IMG/VR virus record: IMGVR_UViG_3300038673_000493
Span: 1 to 64,000 of that record
Source: a virus
Taxonomy: Duplodnaviria; Caudoviricetes
DNA length: 64,000 nt
Reading direction: 5' to 3' (one strand)
In this document: piece after piece, positions 35,377 through 45,058 of the stretch
How positions within the stretch are numbered: position 1 is the first letter of the stretch
Layout of the letters: each line of letters opens with the position of its first letter
Translations under genes and position numbers: made by a program
Notes under the pieces: model-generated
What the model saw: only the letters and a program-made list of their open reading frames with translations
Database searches by the model: none
What the model was told of the DNA's origin: nothing

Positions 35377-36428
35377 AAGCTAAAGATCGTAGAGAATTGT
35401 ACAAAAAGGAAATGGGGCAACGGCATAAAGAAAATTATGCTAATGTGGATGACAGTGGACGATTTCGTGATTTTTTTGAGCCTACTAAAAAGTCAAGTGT
35501 TTCTTTTTGGAAATGCAAAGAAGATGATCATGAAATTTACATTGTTCCTTACATTGTCGGGGAACAGCATCCTAAACTGAAAGAAGGCAAAGTTGATTTT
35601 CTTTTAGATGTATTTGTTCACACAAAAGTCGGAATCAATGAGGATAGCTTTGTATGTCTTAACAGAACGTATCGGGAAAAATGTCCTATTTGTGAACATC
35701 AAGCCGCTTTGAAAGAAAGTGGAGAAGCTGATGATGATGAAATCAAAGCATTGAATCCTACACGCCGAAACATCTTTAATATTGTTTGTCTTGATTCTTC
35801 AAAAGATCAGGAGAAAGGTGTTCAAGTTTGGAATGTTTCTCAATGGCTGTTCACAAAACCTCTTGAAGAACTCGCACATAAGAAAAGAGGTGGTGGGGAA
35901 ATTGCTTATGCTGATATTGACGAAGGAAAAGTCATTTCTTTCAGAAAGAAAGGTTCAGGAATGACAAACACAGAATATACGGCATTTGAATTTAAAGATC
36001 GTGATGAAATTCCTGATGAAATTTTGGATGCTGCTGTATGTCTTGATGAACTGATTCATAAACCAACTTACGAAGAAGTTTCTGAAGCCTTCTTTCAGTT
36101 GAAAAAAGAATCAGCACCTGATGAGCCTGATGAGCCTGATGAGCCAGAAGAACCAGAAGAAAAACCTAAACCCAAAGCAGTACCAAAACCTCTTGCAAAG
36201 AAAGCTCTTGTGAAAAAAGCACCAGAGCCCGAAGAGCCTGAAGAATCAGATGTTCCCGATTCTTCTGATTTAGAATGTCCTGGTGGAGCTGATTTCGGCA
36301 AAGATTATAACGAGTATGAAGAATGCCGTACTTGTGAAGTCCGAGAAGAATGTGCCGAAGAAAAAGAAAAACTTCAAAAATCTGCTCCTGCTCCTGCTAA
36401 AAAACCCTTAACAAGAAGGAGCAGTTAA
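35373..36428 (+). CDS. Single-stranded DNA-binding protein (gp32-like) with acidic tail
   Basis: CPICE; RNIFNIV; VQVW; acidic Pro-rich tail and C-terminal CxxC. Confidence 0.7.
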   Translation: MKAKDRRELYKKEMGQRHKENYANVDDSGRFRDFFEPTKKSSVSFWKCKEDDHEIYIVPYIVGEQHPKLKEGKVDFLLDVFVHTKVGINEDSFVCLNRTYREKCPICEHQAALKESGEADDDEIKALNPTRRNIFNIVCLDSSKDQEKGVQVWNVSQWLFTKPLEELAHKKRGGGEIAYADIDEGKVISFRKKGSGMTNTEYTAFEFKDRDEIPDEILDAAVCLDELIHKPTYEEVSEAFFQLKKESAPDEPDEPDEPEEPEEKPKPKAVPKPLAKKALVKKAPEPEEPEESDVPDSSDLECPGGADFGKDYNEYEECRTCEVREECAEEKEKLQKSAPAPAKKPLTRRSS

Positions 36429-36432
36429 TTCA

Positions 36433-37503
36433 ATGCAAAAGATCATTAAGAAAAAATCACAGGAAGTCAAAGAAGCGGTGGATGCCCCTGTAAATGATGA
36501 TCTTGCTTTTGTAACAAGGAAAGTTAGTGTGGAGAAAGTGCTGTCAACTGGCTCCACACTACTTGACCTTGCTATATCAGGAAAGAGAATACGAGGGGGA
36601 GGTATTCCAGGAGGTATTGTTGTTGAAATATATGGACCTTCTGGTTCAGGAAAGTCAGCAGTTCTTTCGGAGATTGTTGCTTCATGTCAGAGTAAAGGTG
36701 GGGATGCTGATATTAAAGATCCTGAAGCTCGTTTAGATCGTGAATATGTAAAAATTTATGGAGTGCATATTCAAGATTGTTCTTATTCTCAACCTGATAC
36801 TGTAGAAGAAATCTTTTCAGCTATTCCCACTTGGAAACCTAATCCTACTGTAAAAGGGGCAATCAATGTTTTAGCAAATGATTCTTTAGCCGCTCTTTCT
36901 TCCGAATTAGAAATGGGACCTAAAGGAGATAAAATGGGTCAAAGGAGAGCTAAATTATTTTCTGAAGGATTTAGAAAAACTTGCAGGATCATTGCTCAAA
37001 ACAATTGGTTGATGATTTGTACAAATCAAGTGAGACAAGGAGATTATGGAGAAACAACTCCTGGTGGACTTGCTCTTGCTTTTTATTCTTCTTTGAGAAT
37101 ACGAATCAAACAGGATGATAACATCATCAAAGAAATAGAATTATCTAAAGAATCTGATGGAAAGAAAGAAAAGAAAACCAATAAAATGAAAAAGATTATT
37201 GGTATTGAAAGCACCTGTTTTGTCAAAAAATCATCTATTGATGATCCGTACAGAGAAGTTCCTATTTACATTATATTCGGATATGGAATTGATGATATTC
37301 GAGGGAACCTTCAGTATATAAAAGACATGACAAACAGTACAGTCTATGAATGTCCTGACGGCAAAACGTATCAGTCCTTGAATGCCGCCATAGGACATGT
37401 TGAAAAAAGTGATTTAGTTGATCAATTAAAAGAACAAACAATTGATCTATGGGAATCCATTGAAGCAAAATTTAATTTAAATAGACCGATGAAAAGGAGA
37501 TAA
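36433..37503 (+). CDS. recA: RecA-like recombinase
   Basis: STGSTLLD; VEIYGPSGSGKS; DSLAAL; TNQVR; TPGGLALAFYSSLR. Confidence 0.93.
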   Translation: MQKIIKKKSQEVKEAVDAPVNDDLAFVTRKVSVEKVLSTGSTLLDLAISGKRIRGGGIPGGIVVEIYGPSGSGKSAVLSEIVASCQSKGGDADIKDPEARLDREYVKIYGVHIQDCSYSQPDTVEEIFSAIPTWKPNPTVKGAINVLANDSLAALSSELEMGPKGDKMGQRRAKLFSEGFRKTCRIIAQNNWLMICTNQVRQGDYGETTPGGLALAFYSSLRIRIKQDDNIIKEIELSKESDGKKEKKTNKMKKIIGIESTCFVKKSSIDDPYREVPIYIIFGYGIDDIRGNLQYIKDMTNSTVYECPDGKTYQSLNAAIGHVEKSDLVDQLKEQTIDLWESIEAKFNLNRPMKRR

Positions 37504-37504
37504 T

Positions 37505-37801
37505 ATGAACGAGATTTTGATGGTTTTCGTTGCTAACGTAGGATTGATGATAGGGAAACCCGTATTAGATAATTCTGCACTGGTAGTATTGGTAGATCCG
37601 AGAATCTTAATAGTAAATCAAAAAGAAAATAAATATAAATTAATTCCCCTTATCGGAAATCCTGAAGAATTTATTATTGGTAATTCTTCTTATTCTTATT
37701 ATACGGTAAAAGACCAAAAGATTATCAATAAGTATATTGAAAGTACATCAAATATAACTGTTGCCACAACGGTTCCTTCAGACCCTGCTTTAGTCAAATA
37801 A
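37505..37801 (+). CDS. Hypothetical protein
   Basis: SD AAGGAG. Confidence 0.55.
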   Translation: MNEILMVFVANVGLMIGKPVLDNSALVVLVDPRILIVNQKENKYKLIPLIGNPEEFIIGNSSYSYYTVKDQKIINKYIESTSNITVATTVPSDPALVK

Positions 37802-37811
37802 GGAGAATTTA

Positions 37812-38669
37812 ATGATTCTGTTAGTGGATTCTAATTCCATTTGTCATCAAGCAAAACATTCGATGGGGAATCTTACTTGGGAAGAAAAAGAAGTTGGTAT
37901 TATTTTCGGATTTCTACGCCAACTTCTTTCTCTTGCTAAAACATTTGAAACAAATAAATTTGTTTTTGTTTGGGATTCCCGAATATCATTAAGAACAAAA
38001 ATGTTTCCTGATTATAAGAAATCCAGAAAACGAGAAAAAACACCAGAAGAAAAAAGATTTGATGATGTTTCGTATGCTCAATTTGACATTATCAGAACAG
38101 AAGTTCTTCCTGAAATTGGTTTTATAAATAATTTCATGAAAGACGGTTTTGAAGCCGATGATCTGATTGCTCAAATAACAAAGACATATCATGATCAAAA
38201 AATAGTCATTATTTCTACGGACGAAGATTTGTACCAGCTTTTATCTGAAAATGTGAGCATGTATTCAATTAAAAAGAAACAACTCTACACAGAGCATAAT
38301 TTGTGGAAAGATCATCGAATTATTCCTAAAGAATGGGGAGAAGTGAAAGCAATTGCCGGATGCACTACAGATTGCATTCCTGGAATAGAGCATGTTGGAG
38401 AAGTAACTGCTTGTAAATATATCACAAAAAAATTACCGGTTTCTCAAAAAACATATAAGGCAATAAAAGATGGCAAATCAATTATTGAAAGAAACAGAGA
38501 ATTGGTAATTTTGCCCTTGAAAGGCACCCCTGAAATAACCATTCTTCCTAAAGAAGAATTAAGCTTAAAAGGACTTATTACTGTATCACAAAGATATGGT
38601 TTCAATTCTTTTATGAGCAAAGAGATTATTGCTAAATGGAAAGAATATGTTTTTAAAGGAAATTCATAA
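37812..38669 (+). CDS. 5'-3' exonuclease / RNase H (FEN family)
   Basis: LLVDSN; VWDS; YKKSR; EADDLI; STDEDLYQL; GCTTDCIPGI. Confidence 0.92.
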   Translation: MILLVDSNSICHQAKHSMGNLTWEEKEVGIIFGFLRQLLSLAKTFETNKFVFVWDSRISLRTKMFPDYKKSRKREKTPEEKRFDDVSYAQFDIIRTEVLPEIGFINNFMKDGFEADDLIAQITKTYHDQKIVIISTDEDLYQLLSENVSMYSIKKKQLYTEHNLWKDHRIIPKEWGEVKAIAGCTTDCIPGIEHVGEVTACKYITKKLPVSQKTYKAIKDGKSIIERNRELVILPLKGTPEITILPKEELSLKGLITVSQRYGFNSFMSKEIIAKWKEYVFKGNS

Positions 38670-39271
38670 TGGGAGCTAAATCTAAAGGTGGAAATTTTGA
38701 AAGAGAAGTAGCAGTTGCTTTAAGTCTTTGGTGGTCAAAAAATAGTCGTGATGATATTTTTTGGAGAACTCACGGATCTGGTGGGCGTTCTACAGTCAGA
38801 GGAAAACAAAACAAAAGAACTGAAGGACAATACGGAGATATATCTGCTACAGATGTTTCAGGCAAACCTTTAATTGAACATTGGTGTATTGAATGCAAAA
38901 CGGGATATTCTTCTTCCAAAAAAAGTGAAGTCTTGACAAAAGATGGGAAAAAGAAATCTGTTAAACAAATCACCAATTGGTGTGTGTTAGACGCAATTGA
39001 CAGCAAGCAAAATGTTTCGGTTATCGAAGCATTATGGAAACAAGCTCATGATCAAGCCATTGAAGCAGAAAATCAGCCTATTTTAATTTTTAGAAGGCCT
39101 CGAATGTCTCCTTGTATTGCTTTTAATTTAAGATACTTTAATCATCTATCTAAAATTTTTGATATACCTAACAAACATTGGATTGCTTTGCGGGGGAATA
39201 GTTCAATTGTCATTATGTCTTTAAATGATTTTTTTGAATGGATTCCTGACATAAGAAAATCATTTAAATAA
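38669..39271 (+). CDS. PD-(D/E)XK Holliday junction resolvase-like nuclease
   Basis: KSKGGNFERE; SGG; GDI; IECK. Confidence 0.8.
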   Translation: MGAKSKGGNFEREVAVALSLWWSKNSRDDIFWRTHGSGGRSTVRGKQNKRTEGQYGDISATDVSGKPLIEHWCIECKTGYSSSKKSEVLTKDGKKKSVKQITNWCVLDAIDSKQNVSVIEALWKQAHDQAIEAENQPILIFRRPRMSPCIAFNLRYFNHLSKIFDIPNKHWIALRGNSSIVIMSLNDFFEWIPDIRKSFK

Positions 39272-39286
39272 TTTAGGAGAAAATCT

Positions 39287-39487
39287 ATGACAGAAAAAAA
39301 AGCACTTTCAAAAGAGCATGATCGTTTTTTATTTTGGCTTGAAGGATGCAAATCACCATTTGCAATTGATATTCGTCTTTGTTGGGATAATGGTAATTCT
39401 TATACTGGAGAAATGGGCGTCAACCTACGAAATAAAAAACGAGAATTTGAACGATTAAATAATGCTTTTAAAGGAAAAAAATCATGA
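39287..39487 (+). CDS. Hypothetical protein
   Basis: SD AGGAG. Confidence 0.5.
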   Translation: MTEKKALSKEHDRFLFWLEGCKSPFAIDIRLCWDNGNSYTGEMGVNLRNKKREFERLNNAFKGKKS

Positions 39488-39690
39488 CAGCAATACCTTA
39501 CGATAAAGCAAAATATTGTCCAGAATGTAATGTTATTTATGATAATGGATACAATTGTCCTATTTGTTGTAATAAAAATGGAATATCTTTAAATGCCATT
39601 CGTAATATCATTACGAAAAAGTTAGGTGATTTGGAAGAAAGACGTGGAGAAATTCGTTCAAGTAATTATAATCAAGTTCTTTTATTTTAA
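39484..39690 (+). CDS. Zinc-ribbon hypothetical protein
   Basis: CPEC...CPIC. Confidence 0.5.
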   Translation: MTAIPYDKAKYCPECNVIYDNGYNCPICCNKNGISLNAIRNIITKKLGDLEERRGEIRSSNYNQVLLF

Positions 39691-39794
39691 AAAATGGAGA
39701 AGTATAGGTCGATAGCTGAAGATAGGAAAGTCGTTTCATCATGTAGTATGATTCCCGGTATGTATGATTATACTTCTCTTTTTAAGGAGCTAAA

Positions 39795-39974
39795 ATGAAA
39801 TACAGAGTAGAAATATTTCAAGATAATAATTGGGTGAAATGGAGTACCCATAAGAATGAAGAAAATGCTTTATTCAATGCAGAAGTAATTCATAAAAGTA
39901 GGAAATGTGATACAAGGGTTATATTTGATGGAAAAATAATCAAATCATTTTATGCCAGCAAACTTATTATTTAA
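39795..39974 (+). CDS. Small hypothetical protein (59 aa, not in the ORF track)
   Basis: SD TAAGGAG; MKYRVEIFQDNNWVKW... Confidence 0.5.
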   Translation: MKYRVEIFQDNNWVKWSTHKNEENALFNAEVIHKSRKCDTRVIFDGKIIKSFYASKLII

Positions 39975-39985
39975 AAGGAAATAAA

Positions 39986-41080
39986 ATGATCAAATCAATC
40001 ATACTTGAAAATTTTCAAAGCCATACTTTTTCGGAATTAGAATTTCATGAAGGAGTCAATGTAATCACCGGTCCTTCTGATTGTGGAAAATCTGCAATAA
40101 TCAGAGCATTTTATTGGGTATTCAATAACAGACCTTCTGGGGAAAGTTTCAAAAATTGGAAATCTAAAAAATCAGATCAAACAGCCGTTGAAATAACAAC
40201 CGATGAAAACAAAATAACTATTACCAGAAATAATGGTAAAACAGCATATATCATAAATGAAGGAAAACCACTAGAAGCAATGAAAATGGATGTTCCTTCT
40301 GAAGTGACAAAAGCAATTGATATAGCCGAGTATAATCTTCAAACACAATTTGATACTTACTTCTTGCTTCAATCAACTTCCGGAGAAATTGCTAGAAAAT
40401 TAAACGAATATGCAAACATTGAAATTATCGATATCCTTTTCCAAAACATCGATGCTGAAGTAAGAAAAACAAATGAATTGATTTCCCATTACAAATCAAA
40501 CAAAAATCAGATTGAAAGTTCTTTGGAAGAATACAAAAATCTTGATGATATTAAAAACATCATCGATAATATATCTAAAAACTATGAAAAATCTGTGGTA
40601 ATTGAGTCTTCCCGCAACTTTTTACAAAAAAGCGTAGAATCTCTTGAATCTATTGAATTAGAACGGTCTGAACTAAATTCCATTATAGAAGTAGAACAAA
40701 GGGTGAATCCATTAATTGATTCTATAGAAGAAATGAAAATCATTAATGGTAAAATAAAAACTTTATCTTCAATAATTCAATCATTGGAGGACATAGAAAC
40801 AGAAGTAAATTCCAATCAAGACCTTCTTGATTTAGAAAAACGAGTGGAATCAATTTTTGAAATGATTAAAAATTGTGATAATATTTACAATACAATGGAT
40901 GAATTATCCAAAATGATTTCTTCTTTAAATAATATTGAAACACATTTTGATGTGGAAAAACTGAAAAAAGAAAAAGCAGTCAATGAATATCTTGACTATT
41001 TATCCAAAGAAAAGAAATGCCCAACTTGTTCATCCACATTAAATAAAAACATATTGAACAATATAAAGGAGAATTTATGA
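39986..41080 (+). CDS. sbcC: SbcC/Rad50-like ATPase, N-terminal half ending at the zinc hook
   Basis: LENFQSH; GPSDCGKS; Q-loop LQTQ; CPTC close to the C-terminus. Confidence 0.85.
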   Translation: MIKSIILENFQSHTFSELEFHEGVNVITGPSDCGKSAIIRAFYWVFNNRPSGESFKNWKSKKSDQTAVEITTDENKITITRNNGKTAYIINEGKPLEAMKMDVPSEVTKAIDIAEYNLQTQFDTYFLLQSTSGEIARKLNEYANIEIIDILFQNIDAEVRKTNELISHYKSNKNQIESSLEEYKNLDDIKNIIDNISKNYEKSVVIESSRNFLQKSVESLESIELERSELNSIIEVEQRVNPLIDSIEEMKIINGKIKTLSSIIQSLEDIETEVNSNQDLLDLEKRVESIFEMIKNCDNIYNTMDELSKMISSLNNIETHFDVEKLKKEKAVNEYLDYLSKEKKCPTCSSTLNKNILNNIKENL

Positions 41081-41274
41081 CAGACACTGGATATGAAGAT
41101 ATTGAAATTCCTTTTGGAATGCATAAAGGAAAATTGCTTGCGGATATTCCAAATAGCTATCTTGCTTGGCTCCTTGATCAAGAATTTGTGGAAGTTCGTC
41201 ATCATAGACTTTACACAATGGCAAAATTAGAACAACAATATCGAATTGCCAATAATATTTACATTGAGGATTAA
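41077..41274 (+). CDS. DUF3820 / exonuclease X C-terminal-like small protein
   Basis: IPFGMHKGKLLADIPNSYLAWL. Confidence 0.75.
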   Translation: MTDTGYEDIEIPFGMHKGKLLADIPNSYLAWLLDQEFVEVRHHRLYTMAKLEQQYRIANNIYIED

Positions 41275-41276
41275 TC

Positions 41277-42170
41277 ATGAAATTACTTTTGACTGGAGAT
41301 TGGCACTATACAAACAAGACACCGGCATCAAGAATTGATGATTACCAACAAGCTCTTGAAGATAAAATAAAATTTATCTTTAGTGTGGCTTTAAAAGAAA
41401 AAGTGGACAGAATCATTCAACCAGGAGATTTCACAGATACTCCTTTTCTTGATTACAACAATTATATCCGTTTGCTCAATTTAATATCAGATGGTGATAT
41501 TCCTATTTATACTATATTTGGTCAGCATGATTTAAAATACAGAAATAAAGGCAATACTCCTCTTGATGCTTTGCATCATTCACTTGATGGTTTTTATGTC
41601 GATTTTGAATATGCTTCATTTGATGAATTGGATATGTACGGTGTTTCTTATGGAGAAGAAATTCCAAAAATAAAACACCCAAACAAATTTAACATCCTTG
41701 TCATACATAAAATGCTTCTTCATAAAAAAGAAGAAGAATGGCAAGAAGATTATGATCTAGGAATAGATTTTCTGAATAAACATAAATTTAATTTGATTGT
41801 CAGTGGAGACAATCATCAATCATTTTTTGTGGAAAAGAATAAACGCATTCTGATCAATTGTGGAAGTTTGATGAGATCCACAATTGAACAAATTGATCAT
41901 CATCCTTGTTTTTATATTTTTGATACAGAAACAAGAAAATATTGGCAACACATGATTCCTATTAAATCTTGGAAAAAATGTTTTGATTTGGAAAAGAAAG
42001 TCAAAGAGGAAGAAGCCGATGAAAAAATGAAAGCATTTGTTTCTGGATTAAAAACACATAAATCATTGGGATTAAACTTCGTGGACAATTTAATGACATA
42101 CATGCAAAAAAATAATGTGGATATGGAAATACAATTGATCATAAAAAATAATATGGGAGTAAAAGAATGA
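41277..42170 (+). CDS. sbcD: SbcD/Mre11-like metallophosphoesterase nuclease
   Basis: GDWH; PGDF; GQHD; SGDNH; NCGS. Confidence 0.9.
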   Translation: MKLLLTGDWHYTNKTPASRIDDYQQALEDKIKFIFSVALKEKVDRIIQPGDFTDTPFLDYNNYIRLLNLISDGDIPIYTIFGQHDLKYRNKGNTPLDALHHSLDGFYVDFEYASFDELDMYGVSYGEEIPKIKHPNKFNILVIHKMLLHKKEEEWQEDYDLGIDFLNKHKFNLIVSGDNHQSFFVEKNKRILINCGSLMRSTIEQIDHHPCFYIFDTETRKYWQHMIPIKSWKKCFDLEKKVKEEEADEKMKAFVSGLKTHKSLGLNFVDNLMTYMQKNNVDMEIQLIIKNNMGVKE

Positions 42171-42406
42171 AAGACATTCAATCAGAATTATCCAGATTAA
42201 AAGAAATAATTGACAATGCTAAAAACAATATGGCAACTCTTTCTGGTCGAAAAATGGAATTACTGAAACAACTGAAAAAAGATTTTAAAGTTTCTTCTGT
42301 AGAAGAAGGCAAAAAAGAAATTCAAAAATTGGATAAACAATTGAATGAAGTAAACCAAGCAATAGAAAAAGAATATCAAAAATTAAAAGAGGAGTATGAT
42401 TGGTGA
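42167..42406 (+). CDS. Small coiled-coil protein
   Basis: Heptad-rich; lies between SbcD and the SbcC C-half. Confidence 0.6.
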   Translation: MKDIQSELSRLKEIIDNAKNNMATLSGRKMELLKQLKKDFKVSSVEEGKKEIQKLDKQLNEVNQAIEKEYQKLKEEYDW

Positions 42407-43017
42407 TTAATAAAACTGATATTCAAAATCTTAAAAGCAGATTGGAACAATCTCTCGGCAAAAGAGAAATGTTACAATCACAATTAAAAAACGTCAATGA
42501 TTCATTGGCATCCGCAGAATCCCACAATCAAAACTGTAAGCTTGCTAGAATCATCGTACAAACAGTGGCAGAAGAAACACAAAAGAAAATTGAATATCAA
42601 ATCAGTAATGTGGTATCTCTTGCTCTTGTATCTGTTTTTCCTGATCCTTATGAATGCAAATTGCAATTTGTCAAAAGACGGAACAAAATGGAAGCAGATA
42701 TTTTGTTTCTCAAAAATGGAAATGAAGGAAAACCAATTGAAATAGCAGGTGGTGGAACTTTGGATGTAGCCTCATTTGCATTAAAGACAGCTATATGGGC
42801 AATCAAGCCGACAAACAATGTCATGATTCTTGATGAACCTTTTCATTTTCTATCCAGAGATTTGCAAAGCAAATGTTCTCAAATGATCAAAATGATACAA
42901 AAAGAAACCAATATTCAATTCATCATTGTCAGTCATATTCCTGAAATAACGGAATCTGCCGATAGAATTTTTAATGTAGAAAATATAAATGGAATTTCCA
43001 AAGTAAAACAAATTTAG
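42400..43017 (+). CDS. sbcC: SbcC/Rad50-like ATPase, C-terminal half
   Basis: Signature-like AGGG; Walker B ILDEPF; H-loop VSH. Confidence 0.85.
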   Translation: MVINKTDIQNLKSRLEQSLGKREMLQSQLKNVNDSLASAESHNQNCKLARIIVQTVAEETQKKIEYQISNVVSLALVSVFPDPYECKLQFVKRRNKMEADILFLKNGNEGKPIEIAGGGTLDVASFALKTAIWAIKPTNNVMILDEPFHFLSRDLQSKCSQMIKMIQKETNIQFIIVSHIPEITESADRIFNVENINGISKVKQI

Positions 43018-43035
43018 AGAAAGGAGGAAATCAAG

Positions 43036-43203
43036 ATGGCCAATAACACAAAGATTGACATTAACAAATTCAAGGATGTTACATTCGGAGAAGTATTCAA
43101 AAAGAAGTACCCGAAATTGATCGTGCCTATGATGGGATTAACTGGTCCTATTTGGGATTTGATCAAAGAAAAAGATGCTAAAATTTCAGGAACCAAAAAG
43201 TAA
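43036..43203 (+). CDS. Small hypothetical protein (55 aa, not in the ORF track)
   Basis: SD AGGAGG; MANNTKIDINKFKDVTFGEVF...GTKK*. Confidence 0.55.
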   Translation: MANNTKIDINKFKDVTFGEVFKKKYPKLIVPMMGLTGPIWDLIKEKDAKISGTKK

Positions 43204-43227
43204 GTATCGTGATGTATCATAATAAAC

Positions 43228-43262
43228 AAAGACGGATCATTTCAACGATCCGTCTTTTTTAT
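43228..43262. terminator. Bidirectional intrinsic terminator where the two gene blocks converge
   Basis: AAAGACGGATC-N8-GATCCGTCTTT with flanking A and T tracts. Confidence 0.85.
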
Positions 43263-43498
43263 TTAGCTTCCCAACATTTAATCGTTTCTTCTAACTTCAA
43301 CGAATAATCAATGATGGTCAAATTCATCTGAAGCAGTTCTTGAATGGTCCAAATATCTTTTTGCTCAATTACAGGACGAACTGGAGCAGTGCAATATTTT
43401 TCCATTGGTGGAACAATTACTGCCGGTTTAGTTGTCCCGCAACCTGCCACCAGTATTAAAATACTCAACAATATTATTGACAGTTTTGGCATCTCCAT
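43259..43498 (-). CDS. o-spanin (Rz1-like lipoprotein)
   Basis: Lipobox LVAGC; Pro-rich; overlaps the i-spanin. Confidence 0.75.
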   Translation of the reverse strand: MEMPKLSIILLSILILVAGCGTTKPAVIVPPMEKYCTAPVRPVIEQKDIWTIQELLQMNLTIIDYSLKLEETIKCWEAK

Positions 43499-43820
43499 TC
43501 TCCAATTTGCAAGTTGATTTTATATATTTTATTTTCACACTTTCTTTAGCCGTTTGATTGGTAATAGCTTGATGACTTTCTGCTAATTTTTGCCATTTCA
43601 CAACTTGATTGGCATATTGATCAATCAAATCAGCGTAAGCTTTTTGACTTACTTTGTATCTTTCGATTTCTGCGGTTTGCTCGGCGAGCTTTCCTGTTTT
43701 GATGGCTAAAGAACCTCGTTGATACAAGACGATTGTTCCAAAAGTCAGTACAATCAAAACTAGTGCTACAATTAACAGATTTTTTGGATTCTTCAAAAAC
43801 GTAAGGATTACAGTCATCAT
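43428..43820 (-). CDS. i-spanin (Rz-like)
   Basis: N-terminal TM helix followed by coiled coil. Confidence 0.7.
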   Translation of the reverse strand: MMTVILTFLKNPKNLLIVALVLIVLTFGTIVLYQRGSLAIKTGKLAEQTAEIERYKVSQKAYADLIDQYANQVVKWQKLAESHQAITNQTAKESVKIKYIKSTCKLENGDAKTVNNIVEYFNTGGRLRDN

Positions 43821-44044
43821 ACATTCTTTACCCTCGCAAGTTGATCACGTTTACCTTTAAATTTCAATACAACGAACTTTTGACCACATCCCCGACATTC
43901 ATAGCATTCATTCGATAACAATTTTTCAGGCAACAGATATATCAGATCATTCCCACATTTATCACAGATATAATGCGGACTTCTCCGATCGCCTACTCTA
44001 CGATCTTTTTGCCTGCGTTCAATTTGTTCTCGTTCTTCACTCAT
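43817..44044 (-). CDS. Zinc-ribbon hypothetical protein
   Basis: CDKC...CRGC. Confidence 0.55.
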   Translation of the reverse strand: MSEEREQIERRQKDRRVGDRRSPHYICDKCGNDLIYLLPEKLLSNECYECRGCGQKFVVLKFKGKRDQLARVKNV

Positions 44045-44256
44045 TGTTTGCCTTCTTGAACTTTTTTATAACTCCAAATGCCCATGCTCATTGTGAAGAA
44101 CCCTGTTATCAGAAGGGCCAATTTTTCCAGATTTGCCGCCACTGATGGTACGAATGCTCCTACGATGATTAGCCCTAAAATAGCTATGGTAATCATCAGG
44201 TTTACAAAACTTCCCCGAACCGATTTTTCCTCGGCGTTCCATAATAAGTTTTTCAT
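44041..44256 (-). CDS. Putative holin (two TM helices)
   Basis: Two hydrophobic segments; inside the lysis cassette. Confidence 0.55.
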   Translation of the reverse strand: MKNLLWNAEEKSVRGSFVNLMITIAILGLIIVGAFVPSVAANLEKLALLITGFFTMSMGIWSYKKVQEGKQ

Positions 44257-44396
44257 TTTTTTTATCCCCCTGTGCTATCATTTGTAAAAAACCTAAAGCA
44301 AACATTCCAAAAAATGTTCCGATGATAAATCCTATAAGTAATCCGTAATACTTGTCCATCACTTCCTCTTTTAAAATCGGGCAGGGGCTCCTATCT

Positions 44397-44588
44397 TCAG
44401 ATCCGTCCAGCAGTCTGCCAACATTTGTACGAGCCCTCCAATTCTTCCCCCTGCCCTTTTAACCGAATTGTATCTCTTTTAACTTTTCTTCTCTTTTTCG
44501 CTTTTGCAGAATGGAAACCACACGCACAGGTCTTCCATTTATTTCTGTTTTCAGGATCTTTACAGTCTGACATGCAAATTCTTTTCAT
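44397..44588 (-). CDS. Small basic Cys-containing hypothetical protein
   Basis: ORF track; ATGA overlap with the endolysin. Confidence 0.4.
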   Translation of the reverse strand: MKRICMSDCKDPENRNKWKTCACGFHSAKAKKRRKVKRDTIRLKGQGEELEGSYKCWQTAGRI

Positions 44589-45055
44589 TTCCCTACCTCG
44601 AAATGCATCCAGTCATAGTTTTTCAGCCGACCAAGACTTAACCATCCATGATCTTCAAAGATGTCGATCATATCTTTGTATTCTTTCCTCGCAAACCTTG
44701 CGGTCTTTTTCGTTTCGTTCATCTGGTTACGTTGCGGATCAAGGTCAATAGCCGTCCCCCAAGCATGGCGTGACCATGAACTGCCTCCACGAATAGCTCG
44801 ATAGTTGAAGCACCCGCCGAACAGGTCAATGCCCAATGCCTTAATTTTATCCAGTCCGTAGGCATCAAGGATGCTGAAGAAAATATCTTCCACGTTTGCC
44901 ACTTCCAATTTATGGCATCTAATCCTCTTAACGGTCACGGAAGTGTCCCATGCGATGACCAAGGGAAAGGGTACATTCGCATAAGCCAGATAAGTCCCTG
45001 CTTGGTTTGGCTTGCCATACTTCTCAACCATTTCCTGTATGCTATATTGTTTCAT
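44585..45055 (-). CDS. Endolysin, peptidase M15 family
   Basis: R...SRHAWGTAIDL...DWMHFE. Confidence 0.9.
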   Translation of the reverse strand: MKQYSIQEMVEKYGKPNQAGTYLAYANVPFPLVIAWDTSVTVKRIRCHKLEVANVEDIFFSILDAYGLDKIKALGIDLFGGCFNYRAIRGGSSWSRHAWGTAIDLDPQRNQMNETKKTARFARKEYKDMIDIFEDHGWLSLGRLKNYDWMHFEVGK

Positions 45056-45058
45056 CTT

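Noticed and set aside
39714-39730. CTGAAGATAGGAAA as a hammerhead core (a similar 12-mer occurs on the - strand near 44390)
   Set aside because: There is no room for stem II between CUGAAGA and GAAA, and no stems I or III; treated as chance.
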